From: Paraspadella gotoi | Taxonomy: Eukaryota > Animalia > Chaetognatha | DNA length: 64,000 nucleotides | NCBI GenBank assembly: GCA_051294375.1 | Contig: CM119269.1 | Coordinates: forward strand, 21,650,038 to 21,714,037 | Direction of reading: 5' to 3' | Part shown: one piece after another, positions 14,555 through 28,019 of the stretch | Layout: every line of letters begins with the position of its first letter | How positions within the stretch are numbered: position 1 is the stretch's first letter | Notes under the pieces: model-generated | The model's input: the letters and a program-made list of their open reading frames with translations, nothing else | Databases searched by the model: none | Told to the model about the DNA's origin: nothing | Made by a program: the position numbers and the translations under genes

Positions 14555-15314
14555 ATGGATATCAAAATAAAACGCGAAGAAGAAAAAAGGAGAAAGAAAG
14601 TGAAAAAAAGCAAAGGATTATAATTTTTTCTTTATAGAAATTTTAAAAGAGAAGACAAATAGGCACTATTTTTAAAAAAGGCCCCATTTTTGTTACTAAT
14701 TCCTAAATTTAACCCTATTTTTTTTCTAATTATTTAATCTAATCTCAAACCTTAATCCTTCACCCTATTTTTTTTAATCTATTGCCTAACCCTTACCCTT
14801 AACCAAATCCTTAAACATAAAAATAGATTTAATTCTGAAATTAAGATTGGTCGCTTTAGGAAAAGATGGCCGACAGATTTATAGTGAGTTTCACTTGAAT
14901 GATTACAATTGAAAAAGTGAAAAAGTTTGTTCCATTTTTTCTTCTTTTTAAAAAAAAATAGTTTTCCTCTCTTTTTCTCATTTTAGAGTCTTGATGGAAT
15001 TACGAGCTGAATGCCTCTCTCTCTCTCTCTCTNNNNNNNNNNAGAGAGAGAGAAAGGAAATAAGAAAGAAAGAAAACACTCTCTCTCAAAAAAGAAGAGA
15101 ATTTGAAGTTTGAGGAAGAAAAGAAGAGAGAGAACAAGACAGGTTCGCCATTGTCTTAATGGAAAGTCATTGTTCCATTTGGACCAAATCTATAAATCCT
15201 AAAGAATTCCGTTTCGATCCGTCTTCATCTTTTTGCAACAAAACAGAGAAGAACGAGGATAGAGAATGAGAGGATGAGAGAGAGACAGAGACACCGTCTC
15301 AAAAACAATGTCTT

Positions 15315-15390
<76 letters not shown>

Positions 15391-15524
15391 AAGACGAACA
15401 GTGATTGAGTGAGTGAATGAATGGGTGAAAAAGAGAGAGACAGAGTAAAACAGAGAGAGAGTGTGTGAATAAACGTAACATAGATAAAGAGAGACAAGAG
15501 TCAGACAGAGATAGAGACACTCAC

Positions 15525-15651
15525 AGTCTCTGAGTCTCCCCCACCCGGCGACTTTGCATTGCATCTCTTGGAATTGATCGTCGACGTTTGGAAGACAAAT
15601 TGAGTTGACGGTCAAATCCTTTGTAGGCAGCGCCCCTATCGGAGAATCTAG
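15525..15651 (-). CDS. Serine protease exon
   Basis: ttacag|LDSPIGALPTKDLTVNSICLPNVDDQFQEMQCKVAGWGRLRD T|gtgagt; phase 0/1. Confidence 0.92.
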
Positions 15652-17506
15652 CTGTAATGTGGTAGGAAAAACGAAATAGCAATTAAATGTCAGGCAGAGA
15701 GATTTCAAAAAATTGCTTGTTTTAAAATTATTTTTTTTCAAGATATAAATAATGATTAAGGATAGGCATATGAAATATTTTTTAAATACAGAGGTTAAAT
15801 CTTGCTTTCACGAAAAAAACCCTCATATTATTCATATTTAAAATAAAACTGATATATAAATTTGATATTTAACTATTTGTTTTTTTGATAACGCCTAGTC
15901 AAATATTTTGAAAAATAAATAATTTTTCTGTTTTCATAGCAAAAGTTTTCCAACTTTCAGGTGAGACTCTTTCGCAATATTATTACTTTGTGTTGCGTCG
16001 CAGTGATTTTATTTTCACGTGATATGACATGACTTTCTTTTCCTGTGTATTTATGACATGCACTGCATCAAAATTCCGTCTTTTATTCCTTATAGTTTTA
16101 GGAATTCTTGAAGGCGGCGCTAGCAGTCACTTAGATTTGATGTTTTTTTCTGTCTTAACAAATGAGCAACCAACTATAGGCAAATTATATGCATTTTAAC
16201 GTGAGTGTGTATGTGGATTCGATCTCGAGATATCCACATGTAGATTTAATATTTGACATCTTGGCACAGAGAAAGGACAGAATAGGATTGAGTTACATAG
16301 ACAGAGCCGGTCTAAAAGGTGAATAACTGGAAGCAGCCCTGACGGTTGAGGATGGAATCTGCCGATTTCTGATGACTTTAAAGAAAACAAAAGACGTTCA
16401 AATAAAGGGTAAAAGATGCCATTTAAATATTGGCTGACTTCTAGAATCTGATTTGTAATAAATGCCCGGTGGCGATATCGATAAAGGTGATGTATCATGA
16501 CCAATGAGTCCCGGGTTCGACACTCGATGATGAGACACTATTTATAGATGTTAATCGAAGATTCTATGGCTCTGGATTAATTATTTTATTATAAAAATTA
16601 TATTAATTTTGTTTCCAAGGGATTGGAGCTACAAGTGGGACAGACCGACGGACCGACATACCGACGGGCCGAACGACCCGCGGACCGACCGACCGAGTAC
16701 TCGCTGCGCAACTAAAAACGAAATTGTCTCAAAATCTTTGAATAGGAATTACCAGTATATATCTTCCTGAAGTTAATATCCTCTCTCCGTCTCTATCTAT
16801 CTTTCAAAAAACTCTCTCTCTCTCTCTTTCCTCTCTCTCTCTCTCTCTCTCTCTATCTCTTCAAAGGTCCATGACCTTCTTCTCCGCCACGGAAACCCAT
16901 TTCCGGTTTGGGCGTGGCGCAAAGCGAAAGTGTGAATCGAGTCAAATCCTCTTTTACGCTTTCACCAACCCATAAAAATTTTCTTCACTGTGAACGAAAT
17001 TTCGCGGTGAACTCTTTAATCTTTATCGGGCTTACCTTGAGGCGTTAGCGCGGTGTGAAGATATTTATTTTTTTTTTGTAAAATTAGAAATTAAAATTGG
17101 TTTTCAAATTATAATTTTTATTTTAAATTCTATTAATATTTAAAAATATTAAATAGAATTTTTAAATAATTTTTTAAATAATTAAATTAATAACCATTTA
17201 TCCTTATTAGAAATATGTTTTTTATTAAATTCAGATATTCATTTTAAAATATGTAAAAAGTATTTTTTCAGATCATTTTGTTTAAAAATTAAATATCATA
17301 ATTCAAAATTTTTCTAAATAATATTTATTATTTATAGATTTTTTTTATAATTATGATTCTTAACCTCATTCATAATTTTCAAAGCCGTTTTCAATTTTAA
17401 AAAGTAATACTTTTGCATTTCCTTCTTTATTTCTTTTTTTAAAAATGTTTATGTAATTCTATTTATATTGATAAGATTAGATCGAGTTTCTACTATTAAT
17501 TATATA

Positions 17507-17632
<126 letters not shown>

Positions 17633-18211
17633 TAGGAAAAAAGTATATGACATAATTCATTTATTCAATAAAAAGTATAAAAAACATGGGTAAAACATCA
17701 TGATGACATTCTCAATATTTGGTATACCCTTCCACGGCATCAACTACTGCCTGCCTTTGTCTGGGTATGCTCTTATACAGCAAATTGAGGTATGACAGTA
17801 AAATGTTTTTCGAGATCTTTAACGCAATTCTGCGCAGCCCCGATATTAATGTTGCGCATCTTTCCCTCTTTTCTGAGAGCGATAATAATAGTTTTTTGAA
17901 CCAGAAAGAGGTGCAAGGCCTTTAGCATTGCCAAATTAAAAAATAGTTAAAAAATAACTAACTCTATTTAAAATAAAAACAAATAACTAAATACCAAAAA
18001 TGGTGGAAAATAAAATACTTTTTTTTCACCATTTTTCATTTGAAGTAAAAATAGTTATTTGCCTGTAACTTCTAAACGATTAGTCAAAAAAAGGAAGCTA
18101 CTGAAAGGAAATTCAATATAGATTCGGAAACATTCTTTTTTTTTTTTAAATTAAATAAGTTTTCTAGTAGATATCTTTTATTAAAAATGTCATATTTAAA
18201 ATTAAACTTAC

Positions 18212-18362
18212 TTTAACGAGAGCGATATCGTTCCTGTTCATATAAGGGTCGTAATTCTCATGAACAATAAGTTTTTCAACTTTTCTCCAAATTTCTGTTC
18301 CTTCATCTGCGACCAAATCGTGTTCAGCGAGAAGGACCTTCCAGTTGGATGGCTTGTTGAAT
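18212..18362 (-). CDS. Serine protease exon with catalytic Asp
   Basis: FNKPSNWKVLLAEHDL...VEKLIVHENYDPYMNRNDIALVK|gtaagt; phase 2/0. Confidence 0.92.
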
Positions 18363-18363
18363 C

Positions 18364-18412
<49 letters not shown>

Positions 18413-18539
18413 GAAAAATAGCGGGAGCATTCAAATAATACATTTTCATCGTCGTGCAAACTCCCAGAAAAGCTCTTTCAGCGAAAAACAAAGTGCACAA
18501 TACCCCTCCATCCCCCTGGCTATTTTCCCCCTTCCTGAC

Positions 18540-18765
18540 CCCAAAAAGCAATGCGCCGCTGTGAGGACGAAGCTGGGATGAATCACAGCTCCACCGCATT
18601 GGTGCTCGTCGATTCCGTAGTCGGCGTCTTCGACCCACAATGACGCCAACCACGGGAATTCGTGTGGGCGCGCCTCCACGCCACCCACAATCTTGTCCGG
18701 TGCATCTCGTGGCCGGTTGTTGGTGATACCATCCGGACAGCTGGCAGGATTTCTGAATGAGTCGG
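18540..18765 (-). CDS. Trypsin-like (S1A) serine protease, exon with activation site and catalytic His
   Basis: ...DK|IVGGVEARPHEFPWLASL...HQCGGAVIHPSFVLTAAHCFLG, then a gtcagg donor; acceptor either at 18766 or 18753. Confidence 0.92.
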
Positions 18766-18838
18766 CTGAAGCGAGGTAGTAAGATAGATCCGCGGGAAGG
18801 AATGTCATCTCTCTCTTCTCTCTCTCTCTCCTCTTCTC

Positions 18839-18870
<32 letters not shown>

Positions 18871-19044
18871 GTCTCTCCTCTCGTTCTCTCTCTCTCTCTC
18901 CTCTCCTCTCTCTCTCTCTCTCTCGTCTGTCTTCTCTTCTTCGCTCTCATCTCTCCTCTCTCTCTCTCTCTCTCTTCCTCTCTCTCTCTCTCTCCTCCTC
19001 TCTCTCTCTCTCTCCTCTCTCTCTCCCTCTCTCTCTCCTCTCTC

Positions 19045-19081
<37 letters not shown>

Positions 19082-20049
19082 CTCACCGCTCATTTTCCCG
19101 TCGTCTCCCTCCAGTCAAGCGCGGCGTCAGCTATCCCCGCGTCAAAGAATTCAACAACAAACAAAACAAAAATCATATCTATTAAACCCCCACTACACCC
19201 TGTTTTTTATATTTTTTTAAATGCGGGATACTTAGGGAAAAAATAAACGAGTTGATAACACGTTCTATATTTATACATTATTTAACATCAAATATTAAGT
19301 ATATAACAATTCTTAAATCTATGTTTTTTTTTGTGAATGTACGTAAAAAATAAACTTCAAAAAAAAAATTCTTATTTAATTTTTTGATTTATTGCCAACA
19401 TTGTTGAAGAAATAGTATGATAAATTGACAAGTTTTTCATCTATTAGTGCCAAAATAGCCATTGAGCATACACACGCGAGACTCACCCGCGGCTGGCTCA
19501 CACTAGACGGACGCATTGCAATTACATTATTAAATTTTTATACAGTGAAAAAAGGTCCATTAAGAAAAGAATTTCTATACTGCTCACTCCTCCATTTTCT
19601 GCTGTTATCATGGTAATTTCTTTTTTTAATAACGAGATTCCGTCCCGCGTATTTAGCCTGAGAACACAGAAAAAACTCGAGGGAAAGACAGTTTGTCATA
19701 AAAGACAAATTTATCAAATCTTTACATTTGAAAACAACATAAGGACAAACAAAATTTATGAATGTGGCAAATTCTCGCATTGGTTAATTTGGCTCTGAAA
19801 ACACAAAGCTGAAATACATCTTGCTGAATAATGATTTCGTCGGTATTGATAATTAAACTATAGCCGTACTTGAACAATTTATACACAATTAAAATTAAAT
19901 TGGACTTTTTTTCAACGTTGTCTTACTTATTAATTCCATGGGACCATATAAATCCTATATATTATTATATTTTAAATAAATATTCAATAAATATTCTTAA
20001 TATAAAATAGACCTCTGATGCAACAAAACTGTATCTCTTTTCCTTTCAG

Positions 20050-20180
20050 CGAATTGGAGGCAACAGTCGAAGAGATTCGCAATAAAGTGATCAACGAACA
20101 TTGTCTTATCAACGCGAGTTCCATCGAGACTCTCGCTCTAAACCTCAACACAATATCCGAAGCTTATGGAGAACTTAAAA
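20050..20180 (+). CDS. AIP3-domain exon (SRCIN1/KIAA1217/CG32809-like)
   Basis: ttcag|(S)ELEATVEEIRNKVINEHCLINASSIETLALNLNTISEAYGELK A|gtaaga; phase 2/1; resembles the LE..VEELR..VI...C.VN segment I recall from this family. Confidence 0.85.
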
Positions 20181-20354
20181 GTAAGATATTAATAAAAACG
20201 ACACATCAAAATAACTTAAACTCAACACAATATCCGAAGCTTATGGGGAACTTAAAAGTAAGATATTAATAAAAATGACACATCGAAATAACTTCACCTT
20301 AACACAATCATTTTAAGATAATGATGACGACGACGACGATGATTGCGACGATGA

Positions 20355-20402
<48 letters not shown>

Positions 20403-21339
20403 AGACGACGACGTGTCCATCACCCACAACAACGAATGTAAGATATTTTTTCAAGATGTGATTCATTGATGAAGATGTTATTTTTTGGAATTCTTTTTCT
20501 GCCTGCACGTAAAGACCGCAAAAAATTACTACTTCAATGAATCACCAAATGTCTAACGAACCTAAATTATTTTCATATTTTTTTTAACGAAGATCAGTTT
20601 TGTAGGGAAAAAGGAACGTTTTAATTTTTATTTAGGTTAAGAAATAAATCTTTAAATAAATTTTTTAATAAATTTTGATAGATTTGTAAATAAAAACAAG
20701 ACTGAGCAAACTATGCCGGATCTGCCCACAATCATTAGCGGTAAGCAGCTGATAAGATAATTAATTAATTAATTTATTAATAAATTAAATAAAATAAAAA
20801 TAAAAAAAATAAAAATATTACAAATTTTTAATTTTATTCATGTAAAAATCGTTTTCCAAGATTTCTTTAAAAACAAAAGGCGGCGCCAGTAGTCGCTTAG
20901 ATTTGATTTTTAACAAGTGAGCAACAAACTATAGGCAAGTTATAAGCGTTTTTAACTTACGTGGGACAGACCGACGGACCGACATAACGACGGACCGACC
21001 GACCGACGGACCGATCGACCAACCGAAGTGACTTATAGAGTTGCTCTGCGAGTATTAATTAATCAAATAATTAATAAGTTAATAAATCAATTAATCAATT
21101 AATTAATAAATAATTAATTAATCGGTCAATTAATCAATCCATTAATTATTCAATCAATCAATTTGTAAATTAATTAATTATTAATAAATTAATCAATCAA
21201 TCAAGTCATCGTCGTCGTTGCTTTTGTTGTGGTAAGTAATGAAAAGACCTAAAAACAAACATTTAGGATGAAATTAATTAATTTATTAATTCAATTAATA
21301 TTTTAGTTTATATAGTTTGTATTAATTAATTAATTAATT

Positions 21340-21695
21340 ACTGCTAATGATTCGTGATCCAACATTGTTTGCTCAAACTTGTTTCCATTTTAACTCATTT
21401 CCACTCGGACTATTCTATCGAAACTTGATTTCCCACTCAAATACACACTTTCCTACCCACACACAAAATTTAATTTCAATCACGAGTAATTGGTGTTTTT
21501 TGCTAAGGTGGGTCCGACAAACATACTGACAGACAGACAGACGGACGGACGGACATCATTTTTTTTTTTTTGCATAATTTATCATAATTTGATGTTCTGA
21601 CTTGATATAAGTGAATGCCCGACAAGATTGAGGGGGCGGACCGACGGACCGACAAAGTGAATTATCGAGCCGGAATCTGCGATAATTCCGACGAA
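21340..21695. mobile_element. Helentron/DINE-1-like non-autonomous element; relatives at 16110-16720, 20690-21050, 44240-44380, 51580-51720, 52090-52400, 60232-60345
   Basis: (GACA/GACG/GACC)n microsatellite, a conserved gcataatttatcata...ctgacatgatataagtgaatgcccgacaagatt block, and a terminal short hairpin (tatagagtcggaat...ttccgac) running into an A-tract in some copies. Confidence 0.55.
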
Positions 21696-21760
21696 CTTTA
21701 TAGGTAAACGTAGTAACTGTTAGTACGTTTACCAACAGCGCATGCTGACTATTTTGCGGC

Positions 21761-21847
<87 letters not shown>

Positions 21848-22915
21848 CCTCTCTCTCTCTCTCTCTCTCTCACGCCCCTCGCTCAGCCTTCCATGCAAGA
21901 ATGGATTTTCATTTAGTAAAAAACCATAAAATTGTTAAAAGTGGAGACATTTACCAGAGCAAGTGTTAAAAGGGAGAGACAGAAAGATGAGGCAAAGTTT
22001 GGCTAAAAAAAATATTGCGATTTAAAATGAGAAAAAGTGGAGGGATATATGAAGAAGACGCAAAGCAAAGTGAAAAAGCAACACCGAAGCAAAAAGCTTT
22101 AAAAAACATCTAGCATTAAAGCAAAGCAAATAAAAATAAGAAATGGAGCAGGAAAAAAACCTAAGCAAAGCAGCGTAAAGTTAAAAGAAAGCAAAAAAAA
22201 TGATAATAAAGTAAAGCAAAGAAAAACAAACATAAAACCAAAATAAAACGTCAAAGCAAAGCAAAAGGAACGTAACTAGTTCATGCACCAGCAATCATAA
22301 AGCAATTAAACATGCTATGTATCCACATTTCACAGTAAAGCGTAGCAAAACTATATAAATCAAGTGAATCAAATTTGAATAGTAGATCATGAAAAGTGAA
22401 CATTTAAAAAAAAAAAAACAGTTATTTATATATATTTTCGCATAAGCCCATATTTGTACCTAGTACTCACCATTATTATTAATTATAACTACTAATTAAA
22501 TTTTAGTATAAAAATTTTTTTTTTAATTTTTGGCTAACTTAATAAAATATTTTTTGATTAAGACTTATATTTTCTTCTATAAACTTTTTATGAGGAATTC
22601 GAATCTGCTTTCAAAACTAAGAAAAAAATATTTTAAAATTTAGACATTTTTATGGTATATGTGTAATTGTGTATAAATATGGGCGTATGCAAAAATTTAG
22701 AAATTTAAAAACAATTATTTTTATATATCAATGTTCTTTAGTCCAAAACTGTTCAATGTTCATGATTAACTTTTAGAATTTTGATCTGCAACTTTCACTA
22801 CGCCTTAATCCACAGTTATCACTGTTTAATCCAAAAATTGATGAGTGATTCAATAATCTTATTATAAAGATTAATTTTTAAGGATCACATAGATACATAT
22901 ATACTAAGGCGTAGT

Positions 22916-23042
22916 AAAATTTCTAAATTTAACTTTAATTAAAATTCTAAAAGTGAGGAACATTTATGTAATAAAAAAATTTCTAAATTTAACTTTAATT
23001 AAAATTCTAAAAGTGAGGAACATTTATGTAATAAAAAAATTT
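22916..23042. repeat. 60-bp perfect tandem duplication
   Basis: The lines at 22921 and 22981 are identical. Confidence 0.95.
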
Positions 23043-23422
23043 ATAATAAATTTTACAATTTATGCAGTAGGCCATATTTATACTAGTTCTAAACCAATAA
23101 ATGTTAAAATTTCAAAACATTTTTTTTAAAGATTTTTTTGCAGATTTGGATTTGTCATAAAAAGTTGATAAAAATAAAAATAACTCTTTTTGAAAAATTC
23201 CTTCATTAAGTAGGTCAAAAATTAGAAAAAACTATATTTTAAGCTGAAAATTAATTTTTTATATATTAAATATAGTTTTTTTAAATTTTAACCCACTTAA
23301 TGAAATAATTTTTAAAAATGATTTATATTTTCTTTTATCAACTTTTGACGAGGAATTCAAATCTGCAATCAAAATTTAAAAAAGGCTATTTTGAAATTTT
23401 TCGATTTTATAAGAATAGTACT

Positions 23423-24592
23423 TAATTAAAAAAAAAAAAGGGAAAATTTTCGTGGAACAACAATAAAGTTTTTTATTAACTTTGGACATGTTTCGGCTCA
23501 CACAACCTCAGCCTTCAGCATCTGAAATCACAAATAATTTATTTCACAAACATTGAGAGGAGAGGAGAGAGAGAAGAGAGGAGAGAGAGAGAGGGAGAGT
23601 TCCAACAAAGATTTAGTAAAGGAAAGTGGTCAGATGCGAGGACAGGTGAAGATGAGGACAGGGATGAAAAGGAGAGTGAATGTGAAATTGGTGAAAAGGG
23701 AAGAGAGAGGGAGAGAGAAGACACAGAGAGAGAGAAATAATAGTATACATTAGCAATGTACAACAAAGATAAATAGTATTATAAACTAGACATAACAAAG
23801 ATTGAAATAAATTTAATTAGGCTGTTTGTGCATTTTTGAAATAGTGAATATTGAAATATTGAAAATGAAATGGAAAAAGGATAGTTTGTGAGGGATAGTT
23901 AAGATAAAGAGGTAAGAGAAAAAATAAGTAAAGAAAGAGCTCAAAGTGAGCTGGCCCCCCCCAGCCGGGCAAATGAGGGATATTACTGATGAATTTCGGT
24001 TCATAGGCCTGTCATAGGTTGAGAGAGTATTGTGGTGGAGTTAGTTAGGCTGGGATCTGGTAATGACCCACCTGGAAAAATGCCCAGTGCCACTCGAATG
24101 TCTCTCTGACCTGATAAGCCTGCCGAATGCCCTCCTCTCACCTGACGGTGAGGCGGGCGATTGCCGGTTCTGGCCTGTTTTTGGTACAGGAGATAAGATT
24201 CTCTCCCCTTCCTCCTGCAGCCGTCGTTTTGGGCGACCTCGGTACGAGGAGAGTCGTGCCAAGTTGCTGCAGGCTTGGGTGAGGCATCAGGTACCATTGC
24301 CTGCTGAGAGGTCTCCGCCTGACCCGTTGAGTGGGGACAGGGGAGTCACCGTGCGCTGTGGTGGCGTTGGGTGCTCCACCACAGTTTTGATAAGCGAATC
24401 ATAGCTTGGAGGGAGGTCGAATCTCTCTCTCTCAATGTTTGTGAAATAAATTATTTGTGATTTCAGATGCTGATGAAGGCTTGAGTTGTGACCGAAACAT
24501 GTCCAAAGTTAATAAAAAACTTTATTGTTGTTCCACGAAAATTTTCGTTTTTAATTAATCTCAAACAAACAACAAAAGAAAGGATTAATACA
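23423..24592 (+). mobile_element. Penelope-like non-autonomous insertion: inverted hammerhead-bearing arms, internal cargo, 12-bp TSD
   Basis: 23442-23560 is the reverse complement of 24427-24546; AAGAATAGTACT flanks both sides (23411-23422 and 24593-24604). Confidence 0.7.
24470..24503 (+). ncRNA. Minimal type-I hammerhead ribozyme motif (inverted, damaged copy at ~23484-23520)
   Basis: CTGATGA-aggc...cc-GAAA-CATGTC followed by AATAAA. Confidence 0.65.
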
Positions 24593-24767
24593 AAGAATAG
24601 TACTATATATAAATATATAGCCTACTGCAAAAATTAAAAAACATAAAATTTTTTTTTTACAAATTAATGTTCACTAATGGTATGTTGTTCATAATTGACT
24701 TTTAGAATTTTCGAATGTAACTTTCCACATCGCCTTAATATATACATATGACACATATTGTCAAATT

Positions 24768-24806
24768 GCGCTGAATAAGACTCGAATTGAGTCGAAACAT
24801 GTACGA
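24768..24806 (+). ncRNA. Degenerate minimal hammerhead motif
   Basis: cg-CTGAATA-a-GACTC-gaatt-GAGTC-GAAA-CATGTA-cg; core position G8 is altered. Confidence 0.5.
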
Positions 24807-25016
24807 ATTTATTAAAATATCGTTGTTTTAATAATATAAAATAACTATTTTACTTTGTAACGAAGGGATCATATTGAAAAAACATTATTGTTGTAACTTT
24901 AAACCTTCAAAACTTTTTCCTTCAAAATGTTTTTTTTTAAATTTTATTTTTCCTGATTTTGTCTCTTCTCAATTTTTTAAAGCAATAGAAATTCGAGTTT
25001 TCACTGGTTACAAGAG

Positions 25017-25075
<59 letters not shown>

Positions 25076-25459
25076 ATATTGATAAACAGAGAGAAAGAGA
25101 CGGAATTGTATCTTCAATTTTTAGCTTCACATTATTTTTACTTTTTTTATTTAGAGAGTTCCGTCCCCTAAGAATCGTAAAGAGAAAAAGAGTAAAAGAG
25201 ACTGGATTTTTTTTCTTTTTCTTTTCCTCCTTTACACTTCTTCACACACAGACTCATAGACACACAGACAGACTCTCTCTCTCTCCCTTTTTTTGAATCT
25301 GTCTTCTTTTTTCTCTCTCTGGTTTTCTCTCTCTTTCTCATTCTCTCTATCTCTCTTTATCTTATCTCTCTTGGTTTCTTTCTTTCTTTTTTTATTTCTC
25401 TCTCTCTCTTCTCTCTCTCTCTTCCATCCGTCTCTCGTCTCTCTTCTGCTCTCAGTCAT

Positions 25460-25495
<36 letters not shown>

Positions 25496-25509
25496 CTCTC
25501 CTCTATCTT

Positions 25510-25556
<47 letters not shown>

Positions 25557-26039
25557 ATCTTTACCACCTTTATCTCACTCTCTTTTTTTTGCAAGTGTTA
25601 AAAGAAATCGCAACTCATTTCTTTTTTTTCTCTTTAAAAAAAAAGAAACATTCCCTTTGCCTTTTGTTTTGTTTTTTTCTCTTTCGTCACGTTTTACAAA
25701 GGTTTTTTAGCAGCCGAAGCGACATCTTCCGCTTCCTGCGTCTCTTCCTCCTCCTCCTCCTCCTCCTCTTCCCTCCTCTCTTCCCTCTTCTCTCGCCCTT
25801 CCGCCTTTTCCGGTTTCATTTCTCACGCAGCGTTGACTTTCTTCCCTCCTGCCGCTGCCGCCGCCGTCGCCGCTGCCGTCTGGCTACCGCTGCTGCTGCT
25901 AAACTGCTGCTCCGCCCGCGCTTTGTTACATTATAACGTCGCGACGGCGTTTTTGAAATGTCAGCATCGAGGTTTTAAGTTTCACTACGACGAGTTCAGG
26001 TGTGAAGAGATTTTTCCGCTCAAAGGAGAAACGCTACTT

Positions 26040-26316
26040 TTTTTTTCTTTCTTGTTATCTCTCTCTCTCTCTCATTCTCTCTCTGTCTTCTCTCTCTCTT
26101 TCTCTCTTCTCTCTATCACTCTCCCTTTTTCTCTCCTTCCCGTCCCTCCCTTTCTCTCTCTCTCTGTCTCTATCTCTCTCTCTCTATCACTCCCCTTTTT
26201 CCTCTCCTTCCTTCCCTCTCTCTTTCTCTCTCTCTCTCTCTCTTCTTCTCTCTCTCTCTCTCTCTCTCTTATCACGCTCCCTTTTTTCTCTCCCTCCCTC
26301 CCTCCTCTTTCTCTCA

Positions 26317-26373
<57 letters not shown>

Positions 26374-26519
26374 ACTCTCCTTTTTCTCTCCTTCCCTCCC
26401 TCCTTTCTCTTCACTCTCTCTCTCCTCTCTCTCTCTCTCTCTTCTTTCTCTTCTCTTCTGTCTCTATCTATCTCTCTCTCTCTCTCTCTCTCTCTTATCA
26501 CTCTCCTTTTTCTCTCCTT

Positions 26520-26568
<49 letters not shown>

Positions 26569-26660
26569 ATCACCGTCCCTTTTTCTCTCCTTCCCTCCCT
26601 CCTTTCTCATCTCTCTCTCTCTCTCTCTCCTCTCGTCTCTCTTTTTCTTCTCTCTCTCTG

Positions 26661-26699
<39 letters not shown>

Positions 26700-26747
26700 C
26701 TCTCTCCCTTTTTCTCTCCTTCCTTCCCTCTCTCTTTCTCTCTCACT

Positions 26748-26795
<48 letters not shown>

Positions 26796-27020
26796 GCTCC
26801 CTTTTTCTCTCCTTCCTCCCTCCCTCTGCCTTCTGTCTACATCTCTTTCTCTCTGAGCCTCATTAATCTTTCTCCACTCTTTCTTTAACAAACCCTCTCC
26901 TAGCCTATCTTCTGTCTCTCTCTCCACCTCCGCCGACAAAACTTCTCCTCCCGTCACACACCGTCCCTTCGCCCTATCTGCCCCTATCTCTCTCTCTGTC
27001 TCTCTCTCTCTGTCTCCCTC
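26040..27020. repeat. Extended imperfect (CT)n array; similar tracts at 3720-3795, 14470-14550, 15318-15390, 18366-18410, 18808-19082, 21763-21870, 25270-25560, 29860-30095
   Basis: Directly visible; source of the spurious SL/RE-repeat ORFs. Confidence 0.95.
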
Positions 27021-27744
27021 TAAAACTCCCCAATAAAATAATTCTTTATGGGTCTGGCAAAAAAGAAACTTTTTTTCCTTGAGCTCAAGACATCGATGAG
27101 GTTCCAATTAGCCAAACGATTATTGGCGTCTCAAGTTTAATTCCACTGGGAGAGTATGGTAGTGAGGGGGTGAGGGGGTGAGGGCTGGGCTTTGGAGGGG
27201 GGCTAAGTGGGCGTGCCCCGGCGTGGGGAATGGAGGGAAAAGGTGAATATGAGGGGATGGGTGGACCTATGTTTTGCAAAAAGAGGATGGATGCTGAGAT
27301 CTAGGCCTCCATCACTCTTAAAAGATAATGACCTAGCAGGTCCCTGCAAGTTTTCAATCTCGACTCTCTCACAGTCTCGTTTATTCATTCCAAAAGTAGC
27401 TGGCTTCTCTATCGATAGTGGTATAATATTTCAAAGAATTATAAAATTAAGTATAAAATTACCACTTCCTTATAATTAAGAAACAACTTTCACAATTAAA
27501 TGACGTTAAGGATCTAAGGACCTAAGGTGGCTTCAATCAAACCTTTATGAGTTTCAAAAATCTAGTAATAATAATAATTTTTTTATAAACACAAATAGGT
27601 TAATTGGTTTTAAATGGAATTTCGTATTATAAGAAGGAAGCTGTAGTAAAAAGAGAGAGGAGATATGAAAATTGTATTGATAGGGAGAGAGATGAGAGAG
27701 AGAGAGAGAGAAGAGGCAGGAGGAGAGGAGAGAGGAGGAGAGAT

Positions 27745-27785
<41 letters not shown>

Positions 27786-27932
27786 AGATGAGATATTCCC
27801 TAGACGCTCCTTGAAATCGTTGGCCTGAAACAAAAAGAAATAAATAAATGAAAGAAATAAATGAAAGAGAAAGAATCAAAGCGAATCGCAAGTAAAGGAA
27901 ATGAGAAAGAAAACTCTGGGGGGGCGGGCTTT

Positions 27933-28016
<84 letters not shown>

Positions 28017-28019
28017 AAG

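Noticed and set aside
16463-16535. B-box-like cccgggttcga as a tRNA gene (also ~33503)
   Set aside because: No cloverleaf; at most a decayed tRNA-derived SINE fragment.
25833-26888. Long ORFs rich in SL or RE dipeptides (also 18757-19185, 27800-28235, 52800-53123)
   Set aside because: Translations of (CT)n/(GA)n microsatellites.
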